A DNA stretch of 62,838 bases, taken from sequence record SRR31156797_11538; one strand, written 5' to 3'. Each line of letters opens with the position of its first letter. Position 1 is the stretch's first letter. Position numbers and translations under genes: made by a program. Below the pieces are notes generated by a model that did not search any database, was not told the DNA's origin, and saw only the letters and a program-made list of their open reading frames with translations. Shown in pieces: positions 8,119 through 17,994 of this stretch.

Positions 8119-9263
8119 ACTGCCTCCTTGAGCCTTTCGGTATCAACAGTCAGCGAAATTCTGAAATACCCTTCACCGGATTCGCCGAAGCCGTTACCGG
8201 GAGTGACAACAACGCCGGTTTCCTTCAGGAGCTTGGATACGAACTCGGAAGAAGTGTAGCCTTCGGGAGTTTTAGCCCATACGAAGATGGATGCATCAGG
8301 CACCTTGCAGGAAATGTTGATCTTTTCAAGAGCTTCGATAACGCAATCGCGACGCTCTTTGTAGATCTTGCGGAATTCCTTAACGTAAGGTTCGCCTTCT
8401 TTTAGTGCAACAATTCCGGCTTCCTGTACAGCCTGAAAGATACCGGAGTCGACATTTTCTTTAATTTTTCCGAGTCCTGCGACGAGTGAGGCATTACCCA
8501 CTGCCATACCGCAACGCCAGCCTGTCATGTTGTAGGTCTTGGACAGGGAATGGAATTCAATGGCCACATCTTTTGCGCCGGGAGTTTCCAGAATGGAAAT
8601 GGGCTTATTATCTTCATCGTAGTAAACTTCGGTGTAAGCGGCGTCCGCTGCGATGATTACATTGTGTTTTTTGGCCTTGGCAACCAGCTCTGCGTAGAAT
8701 TCAGGAGTTGCTGTGGCGGATGTGGGGTTGTTGGGGTAGTTAACGAAGAAAATCTTGCACTTGTCCCATTTTGCGTCATCGATAGCATCAAGGTTGGGCA
8801 GGAAGTCGTTTTCTTCGAGCAGAGGTACCATTTCAACTTCACCACCGGCAAAACCGGAAGCAACCGGGTAAACCGGATAGTTAGGGGAAGCTACCAGCAC
8901 GAGGTCTCCAGGATTAACAAAAGCCAGCGGGAAGTGCGCGATACCTTCTTTGGAACCGATCAAAGAAACTACTTCGCTTGCAGCGTCCAGCTCCACATTG
9001 AATCTTTCTTTGTACCAGTCGGCAACAGCCTGACGGAAAGTCAGCAGGCCAACATAAGAAGGATACTGGTGGTTAACCGGGTTCTTAGCAGCTTTATGCA
9101 GTGCTTCGATAATAAAGTCGGGAGTCGGAAGGTCAGGATCGCCGATGCCGAGGCTGATAATATCTACTCCCTGAGCTGCTACTTCAGCTTTGAGTCTGTC
9201 AATTTCAGCAAAAAGGTACGGGGGAAGTGTTGCGAGCCTGTCGGCAAGTTTAAATTCTGGCAT
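8097..9263 (-). CDS. dapL: LL-diaminopimelate aminotransferase
   Basis: LPPYLFAEID, SLGIGDPD, LIGSKEGIAH, NYPNNPT and HSLSKTYNMTGWR (PLP Lys) motifs; class I/II aminotransferase; lysA and lysC are nearby. Confidence 0.85.
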   Translation of the reverse strand: MPEFKLADRLATLPPYLFAEIDRLKAEVAAQGVDIISLGIGDPDLPTPDFIIEALHKAAKNPVNHQYPSYVGLLTFRQAVADWYKERFNVELDAASEVVSLIGSKEGIAHFPLAFVNPGDLVLVASPNYPVYPVASGFAGGEVEMVPLLEENDFLPNLDAIDDAKWDKCKIFFVNYPNNPTSATATPEFYAELVAKAKKHNVIIAADAAYTEVYYDEDNKPISILETPGAKDVAIEFHSLSKTYNMTGWRCGMAVGNASLVAGLGKIKENVDSGIFQAVQEAGIVALKEGEPYVKEFRKIYKERRDCVIEALEKINISCKVPDASIFVWAKTPEGYTSSEFVSKLLKETGVVVTPGNGFGESGEGYFRISLTVDTERLKEAVSRISKL

Positions 9264-9378
9264 TACGATATGCTCCTGTCATTTTTGGTTAAATTATTAT
9301 CAAAACTGTTTAAATGTGCTTGTTTGCTCTGTCAATCATCTTGAGCAGTCGCGGTCATACGTGTAAGAAGTATGGTAT

Positions 9379-10293
9379 ATGACCGAGAAAGAAAACAATA
9401 CATCCTGTAAACACCAATGGATCGACCGTTATCTGGAGTACCTGCTCATTGAGCGTGGTCTCTCAGAAAACAGCCTTAGTGGATATCTGAGTGATCTGGA
9501 GTCTTTTCAGTCTTTTCTGGAAGATAGGTCCGCGAAAATAGAAGACGCCACAAGTCAAACACTGCTGCTCTACCTTACATATTTAAGGTCGAAAGCATTG
9601 AAATCAACCTCGCTGGCGAGGCATCTTTCGTCTTTGCGGGGATTTTTCGCGTTTTGCACGTCGCGTGGATTCATCAAAGAAGATCCTGCAACACTGCTGG
9701 AAAACCCGAAGCTCCCCAGAAAAATTCCTGAATTCCTATCACCGGAGGAAATAGGCCGCATACTAGCCCTGCCCAAGCTGACCGAGAAACTTGGTTTTCG
9801 CGATCGTGCGATGCTTGAGCTGCTTTATGCAGCCGGAATGAGAGTCTCCGAACTGATCAACCTTAACATTGAAGACTTTGATCCTCAAACCGGAGTTCTC
9901 ATTATTTTCGGCAAAGGTTCCAAGGAACGGTTGGTACCGATTCATTATGTGGCGCAAAATTTCTTAAACCAATACATTAAAGATTGGCGTCCTGCTTTTA
10001 ATCCCAAGGTCAAGAACATATTCTTAAACAGATCAGGAAAAGGACTGACCAGACAGGGAGTCTGGAAACTGATCAAGAAGTTCGCACTGGAAGCAGGTGT
10101 AAAACGTTCAATATCTCCACACACTTTTAGGCATTCGTTTGCCACCCACTTGCTGGATGGCGGTGCGGATCTGCGTACAGTCCAGTTGCTTCTTGGTCAT
10201 TCAGACATTAATGCTACCGAAATATACACACATATTCAAGCTGGAAGATTGGTCCAGCTTCATAAACGCTTTCACCCTCGTTCTGTAATGTGA
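9379..10293 (+). CDS. xerD: Tyrosine recombinase XerD
   Basis: [72 protein letters not shown] and TEIYTH motifs. Confidence 0.93.
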   Translation: [304 protein letters not shown]

Positions 10294-10303
10294 GATTTTA
10301 AGA

Positions 10304-12979
10304 ATGTCAAAAAATGAAAACCTTATAAAAGCGGAAACAATAATTACCGGCCATGTAAATGCGGATTTCGATTGTTTGGCCGCTATTGTTGCTGCCGGTA
10401 AGCTTTATCCCGAGGCTACCCTTATCTTTCCCGGAAGTCAGGAAAAAAACTTGCGTAATTTTTACATGGAAAGCGCAACATATTTTTTCAACTTCAAGCA
10501 TTTAAAGGAAATCGACAAGAGTGCGGTCAAGCTTTTGGTTGTGGTTGATACCTCGCGTCGGAAAAGAATTATTCATGTTGATCCAATTCTTAAGAATCCG
10601 GGGCTGAGAATCCACATTTATGACCATCATATAAAATCAGAATGTGATCTTGATCCGGAATTCATTATTAAAAAGCCTTGGGGATCAAGCGTCGCCATCC
10701 TTTCCCACGAAATCCGTGAACGCGGCATTGATATCAACCAGGAAGAAGCCACTATCATGGGCCTCGGGCTTTATGAGGACACAGGCTCCTTTACCTTTAA
10801 CTCCACCACAGAGCATGATTTTGAAGCCGGGAAATGGCTGCTCAAGAACGGTATGGAGCTGGATGTAATCACCGATCTACTCAACCGGGACCTATCCGCC
10901 CAGCAGATTACCCTGCTCGGCAGGCTGCTTGAAGGCGCCACAACCCATACTATTAATGATTTGGATGTAGTTATTTCCGAGATCAGCACCGCAGAATATG
11001 TAGTTGATTTTTCCGTGCTGGTTCATAAATTTATGGACGTTGAAAATATCAAGGTCCTTTTCGCGCTGGGCCGCATGAACGACCGCATTCATCTGGTGGC
11101 CCGCTCCCGAACCCCAGACATTGATGTTGGCGCAATCTGCACCAATTTCGGCGGTGGCGGACATGTTTACGCAGCCTCAGCAACCATCAAGGACCGTACT
11201 CTGGCTGAAGTTCGTGATGAGCTTTTTGCCCTACTTTATTCCAAAGTCACCCCGCGCCTGAACGTGGAATCCATTATGTCCAAACCCGCAGTTGCCATCC
11301 CACGCAATATGACCATTGCTAAAGCCGTGGAACGGATGACCCAGTACAGCCTCAAAGGCGTACCTGTGGTGGATAACATCGAAAATATGCGCGTTGTTGG
11401 CCTGCTGGAACAGAAAACTGCGGACAAGGCCCTTTCTCATGATTTGGGGCATGTAGAAGTGGAAATTTACATGCAGCAACCTTTCTCTACCATCAAAACC
11501 GATTCCGGAATGCACCGGGTCATGGAAATAATTCTTGGTCAGAAACAACGGCTGGTTCCGGTAGTGGATAATGACCGGGTTGAAGCTGTGGTTACCCGCA
11601 CCGACCTGATTAACATGTTGGTACAAGATCCGGCGCGCATCCCCGAATCCTTATTCCCTGATAAAAAGCAGGAGCGCAACATCCGCAACATCATGCGCAA
11701 CCGTCTGCCTAATAAAATACTCGATATTCTTGAGACTGCCGGAGAAATGGCGGCTGAAGTAGGTACCGAAGCCTATGTGGTTGGCGGATTTGTTCGCGAT
11801 GTGTTGCTTACCAAGACCAACTTTGACCTTGATCTGGTGGTTGAAGGAGACGGCATCGCCTTTGCCAAAAAACTGGCCCAGAAAATGGATGGCCGAGCCA
11901 AATATCATCGTAAGTTCAAGACTGCGGTGGTGATCCTTCCTGACGGTCAGCGGGTGGACGTGGCGACGGCACGGCTTGAATATTATGAATATCCTGCCGC
12001 CCTGCCGACTGTGGAGCTTTCATCTATTAAGATGGATTTGTATCGCCGCGATTTCACCATCAATGCCCTTGCCGTGCACATCAATCCATCCAACTTTGGA
12101 AAATTGGTCGACTTTTTCGGTTCCCAGCGCGACTTGAAGGACAAGACCATTCGTGTGCTGCATGCTCTTAGTTTTGTAGAAGACCCCACCCGCATTATGC
12201 GGGCTATCAGATTTGAGAAGCGTTTTGATTTTAAAATCGGAGGGCAGACTCTCAGCTTGATCAAAAACGCACTTAAACTCAATTTGATCAATAAACTTTC
12301 CGGTTACCGTCTAACTCATGAAATGCGCATTATATTGAATGAAGCTAACGTGCTGCGCAGCATTGAGCGCATGAATGAGCTGGGCGTACTTGAGGCAATT
12401 CATCCTTTAATGGTGCTGAATTCAGCCCGTTCACAGGTAATTGCCGAACTAGAAAGGCTTATGAGCTGGTATAGCCTGTTATATCTGGAGCCGCCCCTTT
12501 CAGTCTGGAAAACATATTTTCTAGCCATGTGCATGGGAATTTCCAAGGCAAAAATGGAGCAGATTTATGACCGCTTCAGTTTTTCACCCAGTGAACGTAG
12601 AGAATTTGTGCATTTGCGTGATACAATATTCTGGGCAGCTGGAAATATCATGAATATAAAAAAAGAAATGAAGCCCAGTGAGATTTATGAAACTCTCAGG
12701 CCGGTTCCTCTGGAAGGTGTACTTTTCATCATGGCCCGCACCAAACGGGAAATGATTAAAAAATATGTATCCCAGTATCTGACCAGTCTGAGACTAAAAA
12801 CAATCGATGTAACCGGTGATGATTTAAAGGAATTAGGGCTTGAACCTGGACCTCTGTATTCTGATTTTCTCAACCAGGTAAAACTTGCCTGCCTTGATGG
12901 AAAATTAAAAGGGAGAGGGGATCAGCTTCAATTCTTAAAGGATAAGATTAAGAATTTAGGACCAGCAAAACACATATAA
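10304..12979 (+). CDS. DHH-DHHA1-CBS-class II nucleotidyltransferase (probable A-adding tRNA nucleotidyltransferase)
   Basis: H-NADFD, YDHH, GGGGH, CBS pair, VGGFVRD, DLDLVV, DVATAR, DLYRRDFTINA and EDPTR-RAIRF motifs. Confidence 0.88.
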   Translation: MSKNENLIKAETIITGHVNADFDCLAAIVAAGKLYPEATLIFPGSQEKNLRNFYMESATYFFNFKHLKEIDKSAVKLLVVVDTSRRKRIIHVDPILKNPGLRIHIYDHHIKSECDLDPEFIIKKPWGSSVAILSHEIRERGIDINQEEATIMGLGLYEDTGSFTFNSTTEHDFEAGKWLLKNGMELDVITDLLNRDLSAQQITLLGRLLEGATTHTINDLDVVISEISTAEYVVDFSVLVHKFMDVENIKVLFALGRMNDRIHLVARSRTPDIDVGAICTNFGGGGHVYAASATIKDRTLAEVRDELFALLYSKVTPRLNVESIMSKPAVAIPRNMTIAKAVERMTQYSLKGVPVVDNIENMRVVGLLEQKTADKALSHDLGHVEVEIYMQQPFSTIKTDSGMHRVMEIILGQKQRLVPVVDNDRVEAVVTRTDLINMLVQDPARIPESLFPDKKQERNIRNIMRNRLPNKILDILETAGEMAAEVGTEAYVVGGFVRDVLLTKTNFDLDLVVEGDGIAFAKKLAQKMDGRAKYHRKFKTAVVILPDGQRVDVATARLEYYEYPAALPTVELSSIKMDLYRRDFTINALAVHINPSNFGKLVDFFGSQRDLKDKTIRVLHALSFVEDPTRIMRAIRFEKRFDFKIGGQTLSLIKNALKLNLINKLSGYRLTHEMRIILNEANVLRSIERMNELGVLEAIHPLMVLNSARSQVIAELERLMSWYSLLYLEPPLSVWKTYFLAMCMGISKAKMEQIYDRFSFSPSERREFVHLRDTIFWAAGNIMNIKKEMKPSEIYETLRPVPLEGVLFIMARTKREMIKKYVSQYLTSLRLKTIDVTGDDLKELGLEPGPLYSDFLNQVKLACLDGKLKGRGDQLQFLKDKIKNLGPAKHI

Positions 12980-13288
12980 GGCTACAAACGGCTGTTTATA
13001 CAATATATCAATCCTTAAAAAAATTGTTTCCCTTGCTCTTGCCCGGTAACGCGTGTAGAACATGCGGACTTTTTCAATAAGCTGAGAAAAAAGCTGCCCG
13101 TGAATGTTTTTTTCACGTTTAAACCGTTTTTTTCATATTTATTGTTGATAATTAGCTGGTATTTAATTACTGGAAATTAATATTGTTTGATAAAAGACAA
13201 TGCTAAACAGTCCTTGCTTTTAATTTAGCAGGACAGTCGGACAATATCTTCACTGCTATGCAAAGGTATTGTAAAGGTTGTTTTACAG

Positions 13289-13777
13289 ATGGACGTATTA
13301 TGGGCACCGTGGCGAATGGACTATATTCTTGGTCCTAAGCCGGATGAATGTGTTTTCTGTATTCCAGAACACACTGACGAAGATGAGGAAAGATTGATTT
13401 TGCACAGAGCTAAGCACTGCTTTGTCATTATGAATAAATTTCCTTACAACAACTGTCATCTGATGGTTACGCCTTACCGTCATGTCAGTAAGCTCACTGA
13501 CCTTGAAGAGGCGGAAGCTTCTGAGGTCATGAAATATATAACCATAAGCTGCGATATTCTGGAAAAGGCATGCAATCCTCAGGGGATAAATGTCGGCCTG
13601 AATATTGGGGAAGCAGCCGGAGCTGGGATCGCCGCCCATCTCCACTTCCAATTAGTGCCCCGTTGGAACGGGGACGCTTCGTTTATGGCAGTCTTCGGAG
13701 AAACTAATGTTATCCCCGATCACTTGTCTTCAACTTATAAAAGGCTCAAGCCGTTATTTGACAGCTGCTGTCGTTAA
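13289..13777 (+). CDS. HIT family protein (Ap4A phosphorylase-like, HxHxQ)
   Basis: LWAPWRM-YI, CVFC, MNKFPYN and G-NIG-AAGAGIAAHLHFQLVPRW motifs. Confidence 0.88.
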   Translation: MDVLWAPWRMDYILGPKPDECVFCIPEHTDEDEERLILHRAKHCFVIMNKFPYNNCHLMVTPYRHVSKLTDLEEAEASEVMKYITISCDILEKACNPQGINVGLNIGEAAGAGIAAHLHFQLVPRWNGDASFMAVFGETNVIPDHLSSTYKRLKPLFDSCCR

Positions 13778-13797
13778 GTAACACTAAGGAGGGTTTC

Positions 13798-14154
13798 ATG
13801 CGTTACTTGAAGGTTTTGGCTCTGGTAGTTCTCTTTTTCCTTTCCATGGTATTTTTTATTCAGAATACCCCCGAACTTTCCAAGGAAGTAACTCTGTCCA
13901 TCGAACTGTTCAACTACAAGTTCATGAGCCAGCCTCTTCCGTACTACCTGTTGATCCTGATTGCTTTTGCTGCAGGCTCCGTTCTTTGCCTGCTCTACTT
14001 CATGGCTGATAAGATTCGTCTTTCCGGACAGCTTCGCACCTGTCGCACCAGAATGGCTAACCTTGAGCAGGAAGTTAACTCTCTCCGCAACCTCCCCCTC
14101 GACGAGGGGAACTATCCCTCCGCTGAAGAAAGCGAAGAGAAGCCTGCTGAATAA
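13798..14154 (+). CDS. LapA-family (lipopolysaccharide assembly protein A-like) membrane protein
   Basis: Two TM helices with an FFIQN motif and a coiled-coil tail ending ...LRNLP; lies upstream of a LapB-like gene. Confidence 0.7.
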   Translation: MRYLKVLALVVLFFLSMVFFIQNTPELSKEVTLSIELFNYKFMSQPLPYYLLILIAFAAGSVLCLLYFMADKIRLSGQLRTCRTRMANLEQEVNSLRNLPLDEGNYPSAEESEEKPAE

Positions 14155-14179
14155 GTAAGCACATAATTACGGAGTATAC

Positions 14180-15319
14180 GTGTCCTTTTTAAGCGTATTT
14201 AAAAAGAAAAAAATGACGGCGTCCGATAATCGGGCGCCGTCATATTTGTCTGGGGCCGGAAAAGGTAAGTCCGGGCTTGCCGACACCCGTGCAGCTATTG
14301 ATGAACTCAGCAAGGTTGTAAAGGATACTCCTGAAGCTGTTGAAATTTACCTCGCCCTCGGTAATCTATACCGTTCTCAGGGTGAAATTGAACGTGCCGC
14401 ACAGATCAGGAATAGCCTTATCGTTCGCCCCGGTCTTGACCCGGCCATCAAAGCCCGTGCCCTTTATGAGCTGGGGCGCGATTTCAGTCGCGGTGGTTTT
14501 CTGGACCGCGCAGTGAGTGCCTTTGAAAAAGCGCGCGAAATAGCTGGTGACTCCCCTGAAATCCTGACCGAGCTGGCTGAATTGGCCGCAGGTGGACGGG
14601 AATTTGAAAAAGCGGCCGCTTTTTATTCCATGCTGAATCAGCCTGTACAAGAAGCGCATTACCTTGCCCGACTGGCTGAAGATTATAATTCCGAAGGCGA
14701 ATATGCTTTAGCCAACCGCACCCTGAGAAAAGCCATTAATATTTCCTCTAGCTCAGTAGAATCATGGCTGTTGGTGTTGACCAGAATGAAGCAGGAAGGC
14801 GCGCTGGATAAATTTAAAACAAAATTTCACATCGCCCTCGCACAGGTTCCCAATAATTTACGGTTTGTTCTTGTAGAAGGAATCCTGGCGGAATCCCTTA
14901 TTTTCGGGGATACCCCCATCAAAAGTAAAGATCAGGACAATGACCGTAACTATCCTTTTTATGAAGTGATGGTTGAAGAAATTTCTCAGTCCGACCCAGA
15001 TGTGATCATGCATTACTATGGGGCCAGACTTCTGCAGCTTTGTGGAAAACAGGATGAGGCCGGGGTATGGCTTGAAAAGACCCTGATGCTTAATCAGAAT
15101 TTCTGGCTGGCACGTCTGGAGCTGTTTAATATTGCTCAGGACCAGCAGGAATTGACTTCCTCGTTTAAAAGCCAGCTGGATTTTTTTGTAAATATTGCGC
15201 GAAAAGTACAAAGATTTACCTGCTCCAGTTGCGGTCTTAAGCGGGATAGAATATTTTTCAATTGCCCCCGGTGCCGTAGTTGGCATTCAATTTCGTTCCG
15301 TAAAGAACTGAACCAGTAG
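14180..15319 (+). CDS. LapB/YciM-like TPR protein with C-terminal rubredoxin-like metal site
   Basis: YLALGNLYRSQGEIERA, ELGRDF-RGGFLDRA and C-terminal CSSCG...CPRCRSW motifs. Confidence 0.8.
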   Translation: MSFLSVFKKKKMTASDNRAPSYLSGAGKGKSGLADTRAAIDELSKVVKDTPEAVEIYLALGNLYRSQGEIERAAQIRNSLIVRPGLDPAIKARALYELGRDFSRGGFLDRAVSAFEKAREIAGDSPEILTELAELAAGGREFEKAAAFYSMLNQPVQEAHYLARLAEDYNSEGEYALANRTLRKAINISSSSVESWLLVLTRMKQEGALDKFKTKFHIALAQVPNNLRFVLVEGILAESLIFGDTPIKSKDQDNDRNYPFYEVMVEEISQSDPDVIMHYYGARLLQLCGKQDEAGVWLEKTLMLNQNFWLARLELFNIAQDQQELTSSFKSQLDFFVNIARKVQRFTCSSCGLKRDRIFFNCPRCRSWHSISFRKELNQ

Positions 15320-15333
15320 CCCTATATATTATT

Positions 15334-17994
15334 GTGAGCAAAAAGAAACTCACTCCTATGTTCGAGCAGTATATGCAAATCAAGGCCGAACACCCTGATT
15401 CTCTGCTGTTTTTCCGCATGGGGGACTTTTACGAACTTTTCTTCGAGGATGCTGAAATAGCAGCCCGCGAACTACAGATTGCCCTGACTTGCCGTAACCC
15501 TAATTCAGAAGACAAAATCCCCATGTGCGGAGTTCCGCACCATGCTTCACGGGCCTATCTTTCGCAGTTGATTGAAAAGGGCTATACTGTCGCGCTTTGT
15601 GACCAGCTTGAAGATCCTAAGCAAACCAAAGGATTGGTAAAACGAGGAGTCACAAGGGTTTACACTCCCGGCACAGTGGTTGAAGATGATACCCTTTCAG
15701 CCAAGGATAGCAACTACCTTGCTGCATTACTCTGGGATGAGGCTAAGTCCGCTGGAGGTCTGGCTTGGATGGATTTTTCCACTGGGCAATGGAGCGGTAT
15801 CCAGAGCAAGAATGAAAATGATATCTGGCAATGGGCGCTCAAGGTTAATCCTCGAGAACTGATCCTCCCACAGGGCAAAGCTATTCCCGGTCAGTACGGT
15901 GACATCGATGCCCGTATTGCTCCTGCTCCCTCTGCCGGATATTTCAATTACAAATCCGCCAAAGAGAATGTACTTGAAGCGCAAAATGTTGCCGACCTAG
16001 ATTCGCTGGATCTTGAAGACAAACCCCAACTCACTCAGGCTTGCGGAGCACTTATTTCCTACCTGCGTCAGACTCAGATGCAGGACTTTAACCATCTGGA
16101 TGAATTCAAACCTTTGAATCTGTCTAAGTTCATGATTCTGGATGAAGTAACAGAACGGAACCTTGAATTATTCAAAAGACTGGACGGTAAAAAAGGCAAA
16201 GGCACTCTGCTAAACGTACTGGATAAAACCATCACCCCCATGGGCGGACGTCTCCTTGCAGTGCGTTTAAAGCAGCCGTGGAGGGAGATTTCCCCCATTG
16301 AGCATAACCAGCGTGCGGTTACTTTTTTCCACGATGATGATTCCCTGCGGGCTAAAGTCCGTGAGTTGCTTGATACGGTTTACGACCTTGAGCGTCTTTC
16401 CACCCGCGTAGTACTCGGGCGGGCAAACCCTAAAGATTTCATCAGCCTGCGCCAGAGTTTGAAGACTCTACCGCCGGTTCATCATCTTCTTCAGGAAGCA
16501 GTCTTCAGTGTGGACGGCGAAAATCCGGTTACCCCAGCCTTGAAAACTATCGTCAAGAAATGGGATTCTATGACCGATGTGGCTGAACTTCTGGAGCACG
16601 CTCTTGTGGACTCCCCTCCCCCGGTCATAACCGAAGGCGGGCTGTTCAAAACAGGATTCGACAATGAGCTGGACGAACTTATCCAGCTGACTGAACACGG
16701 GGAATCCACCCTTGCTGAATTGTTGGACAATGAAAAGAGTGTTAACGACCTGCCCAAGCTCAAGCTGGGATTCAACAAAGTTTTTGGCTACTATTTCGAA
16801 ATTTCAAAAGCCTTCAAGGGGCAGGTTCCGGAATATTTTGAACGTCGCCAGACCCTTGTAAACAGCGAACGCTACATCACCCCGGATTTGAAGGAGTTGG
16901 AAGAAAAAATCATTTCAGCTTCAGATAAACGCAAAACGCTGGAATATAATTTGTTCCAGAAAATCCGTGAAAATGTTGCCGGGAACCGTAGTCGCTTTGT
17001 CTTTATGGCTGATGCCATTGCCGCTATCGATTTTTGGCAGGGGCTTGCAGAAGCCGCACGTGCCAATCGCTGGTCCTGTCCGGAAATCCATCCCGGCATG
17101 GAAGTAGTCATTGAAGAAGGACGCCATCCGGTAGTCGAAGCCGTGCAGGGAGCTGCAAACTATATCCCTAACAGCCTGACCATCGATGAAAAACGGCGCA
17201 TCCTGCTTATTACCGGACCTAACATGGCCGGTAAATCCACCGTGCTCAGGCAGGTCGCGCTTATGGGCATCATGGCCCAGATTGGTTCTTACATCCCGGC
17301 CACAAGTGGACGTATCGGGCTGATGGACCGTGTGTTTTCCCGTGTTGGTGCATCGGACAACCTCGCTCAGGGGCAATCCACCTTCATGGTTGAAATGATG
17401 GAGACTGCACGCATTCTACGTCAGGCATCTAAGCGCAGCCTGGTTATCCTTGATGAAATTGGACGCGGTACCTCTACTTTTGACGGTCTTGCATTGGCAT
17501 GGGCTGTAGTGGAAGAGCTTTCGAAGCGCGCAAGAGGCGGCATTCGTACCCTTTTTGCTACCCATTACCACGAGCTGACTTCGCTTGAGGGAGTTATTGA
17601 CGGCTTGCGCAACTTCAACATCGCGGTACGTGAATGGAAAGGCGACATCCTTTTCCTGCGTAGACTGGTTCCCGGTCCGGCAGATAAAAGTTATGGTATC
17701 GAAGTGGCCAAGCTTGCCGGAGTACCTAAACCTGTAGTCGTCAGGGCGAGGGAAATCCTTGCGAATCTTGAAGAAAAATCGCAGGATGTGGACGGTCAAC
17801 CTGTACATCAGGCTCCGTCCGTACAATCTATTCTGCCGGGAATGATCTGCACCGGAAATGAAAAGAAAAATGAAGCTCCGCCTGAAGATCACGCACTTAT
17901 TAAAGAACTGCGCAATCTTGATGTAAACGGACTTTCACCTATAGAAGCCCTTACCCTTCTGAATCAGTGGAAAAACTCACTGGGAGAAAATTAA
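15334..17994 (+). CDS. mutS: DNA mismatch repair protein MutS
   Basis: TPMFEQY, RMGDFYELF, ITGPNMAGKST, DEIGRGTST and FATHYHEL motifs. Confidence 0.98.
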   Translation: MSKKKLTPMFEQYMQIKAEHPDSLLFFRMGDFYELFFEDAEIAARELQIALTCRNPNSEDKIPMCGVPHHASRAYLSQLIEKGYTVALCDQLEDPKQTKGLVKRGVTRVYTPGTVVEDDTLSAKDSNYLAALLWDEAKSAGGLAWMDFSTGQWSGIQSKNENDIWQWALKVNPRELILPQGKAIPGQYGDIDARIAPAPSAGYFNYKSAKENVLEAQNVADLDSLDLEDKPQLTQACGALISYLRQTQMQDFNHLDEFKPLNLSKFMILDEVTERNLELFKRLDGKKGKGTLLNVLDKTITPMGGRLLAVRLKQPWREISPIEHNQRAVTFFHDDDSLRAKVRELLDTVYDLERLSTRVVLGRANPKDFISLRQSLKTLPPVHHLLQEAVFSVDGENPVTPALKTIVKKWDSMTDVAELLEHALVDSPPPVITEGGLFKTGFDNELDELIQLTEHGESTLAELLDNEKSVNDLPKLKLGFNKVFGYYFEISKAFKGQVPEYFERRQTLVNSERYITPDLKELEEKIISASDKRKTLEYNLFQKIRENVAGNRSRFVFMADAIAAIDFWQGLAEAARANRWSCPEIHPGMEVVIEEGRHPVVEAVQGAANYIPNSLTIDEKRRILLITGPNMAGKSTVLRQVALMGIMAQIGSYIPATSGRIGLMDRVFSRVGASDNLAQGQSTFMVEMMETARILRQASKRSLVILDEIGRGTSTFDGLALAWAVVEELSKRARGGIRTLFATHYHELTSLEGVIDGLRNFNIAVREWKGDILFLRRLVPGPADKSYGIEVAKLAGVPKPVVVRAREILANLEEKSQDVDGQPVHQAPSVQSILPGMICTGNEKKNEAPPEDHALIKELRNLDVNGLSPIEALTLLNQWKNSLGEN

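Noticed and set aside
8550-9344. 264-aa ORF antisense to dapL (likewise 2676-3377, 32168-32899, 38195-38833, 56493-57242, 59712-60446)
   Set aside because: Fully overlap confident genes on the other strand; explained by codon bias.
9379-10293. Tyrosine recombinase as a prophage or island integrase
   Set aside because: The sequence is XerD-type in a core neighbourhood; no att repeats, tRNA or phage genes were seen.
13099-13117. CGTGAA-N7-TTCACG as a Rex or CRP/FNR box
   Set aside because: The spacer length fits neither Rex (N4) nor the CRP/FNR layout.
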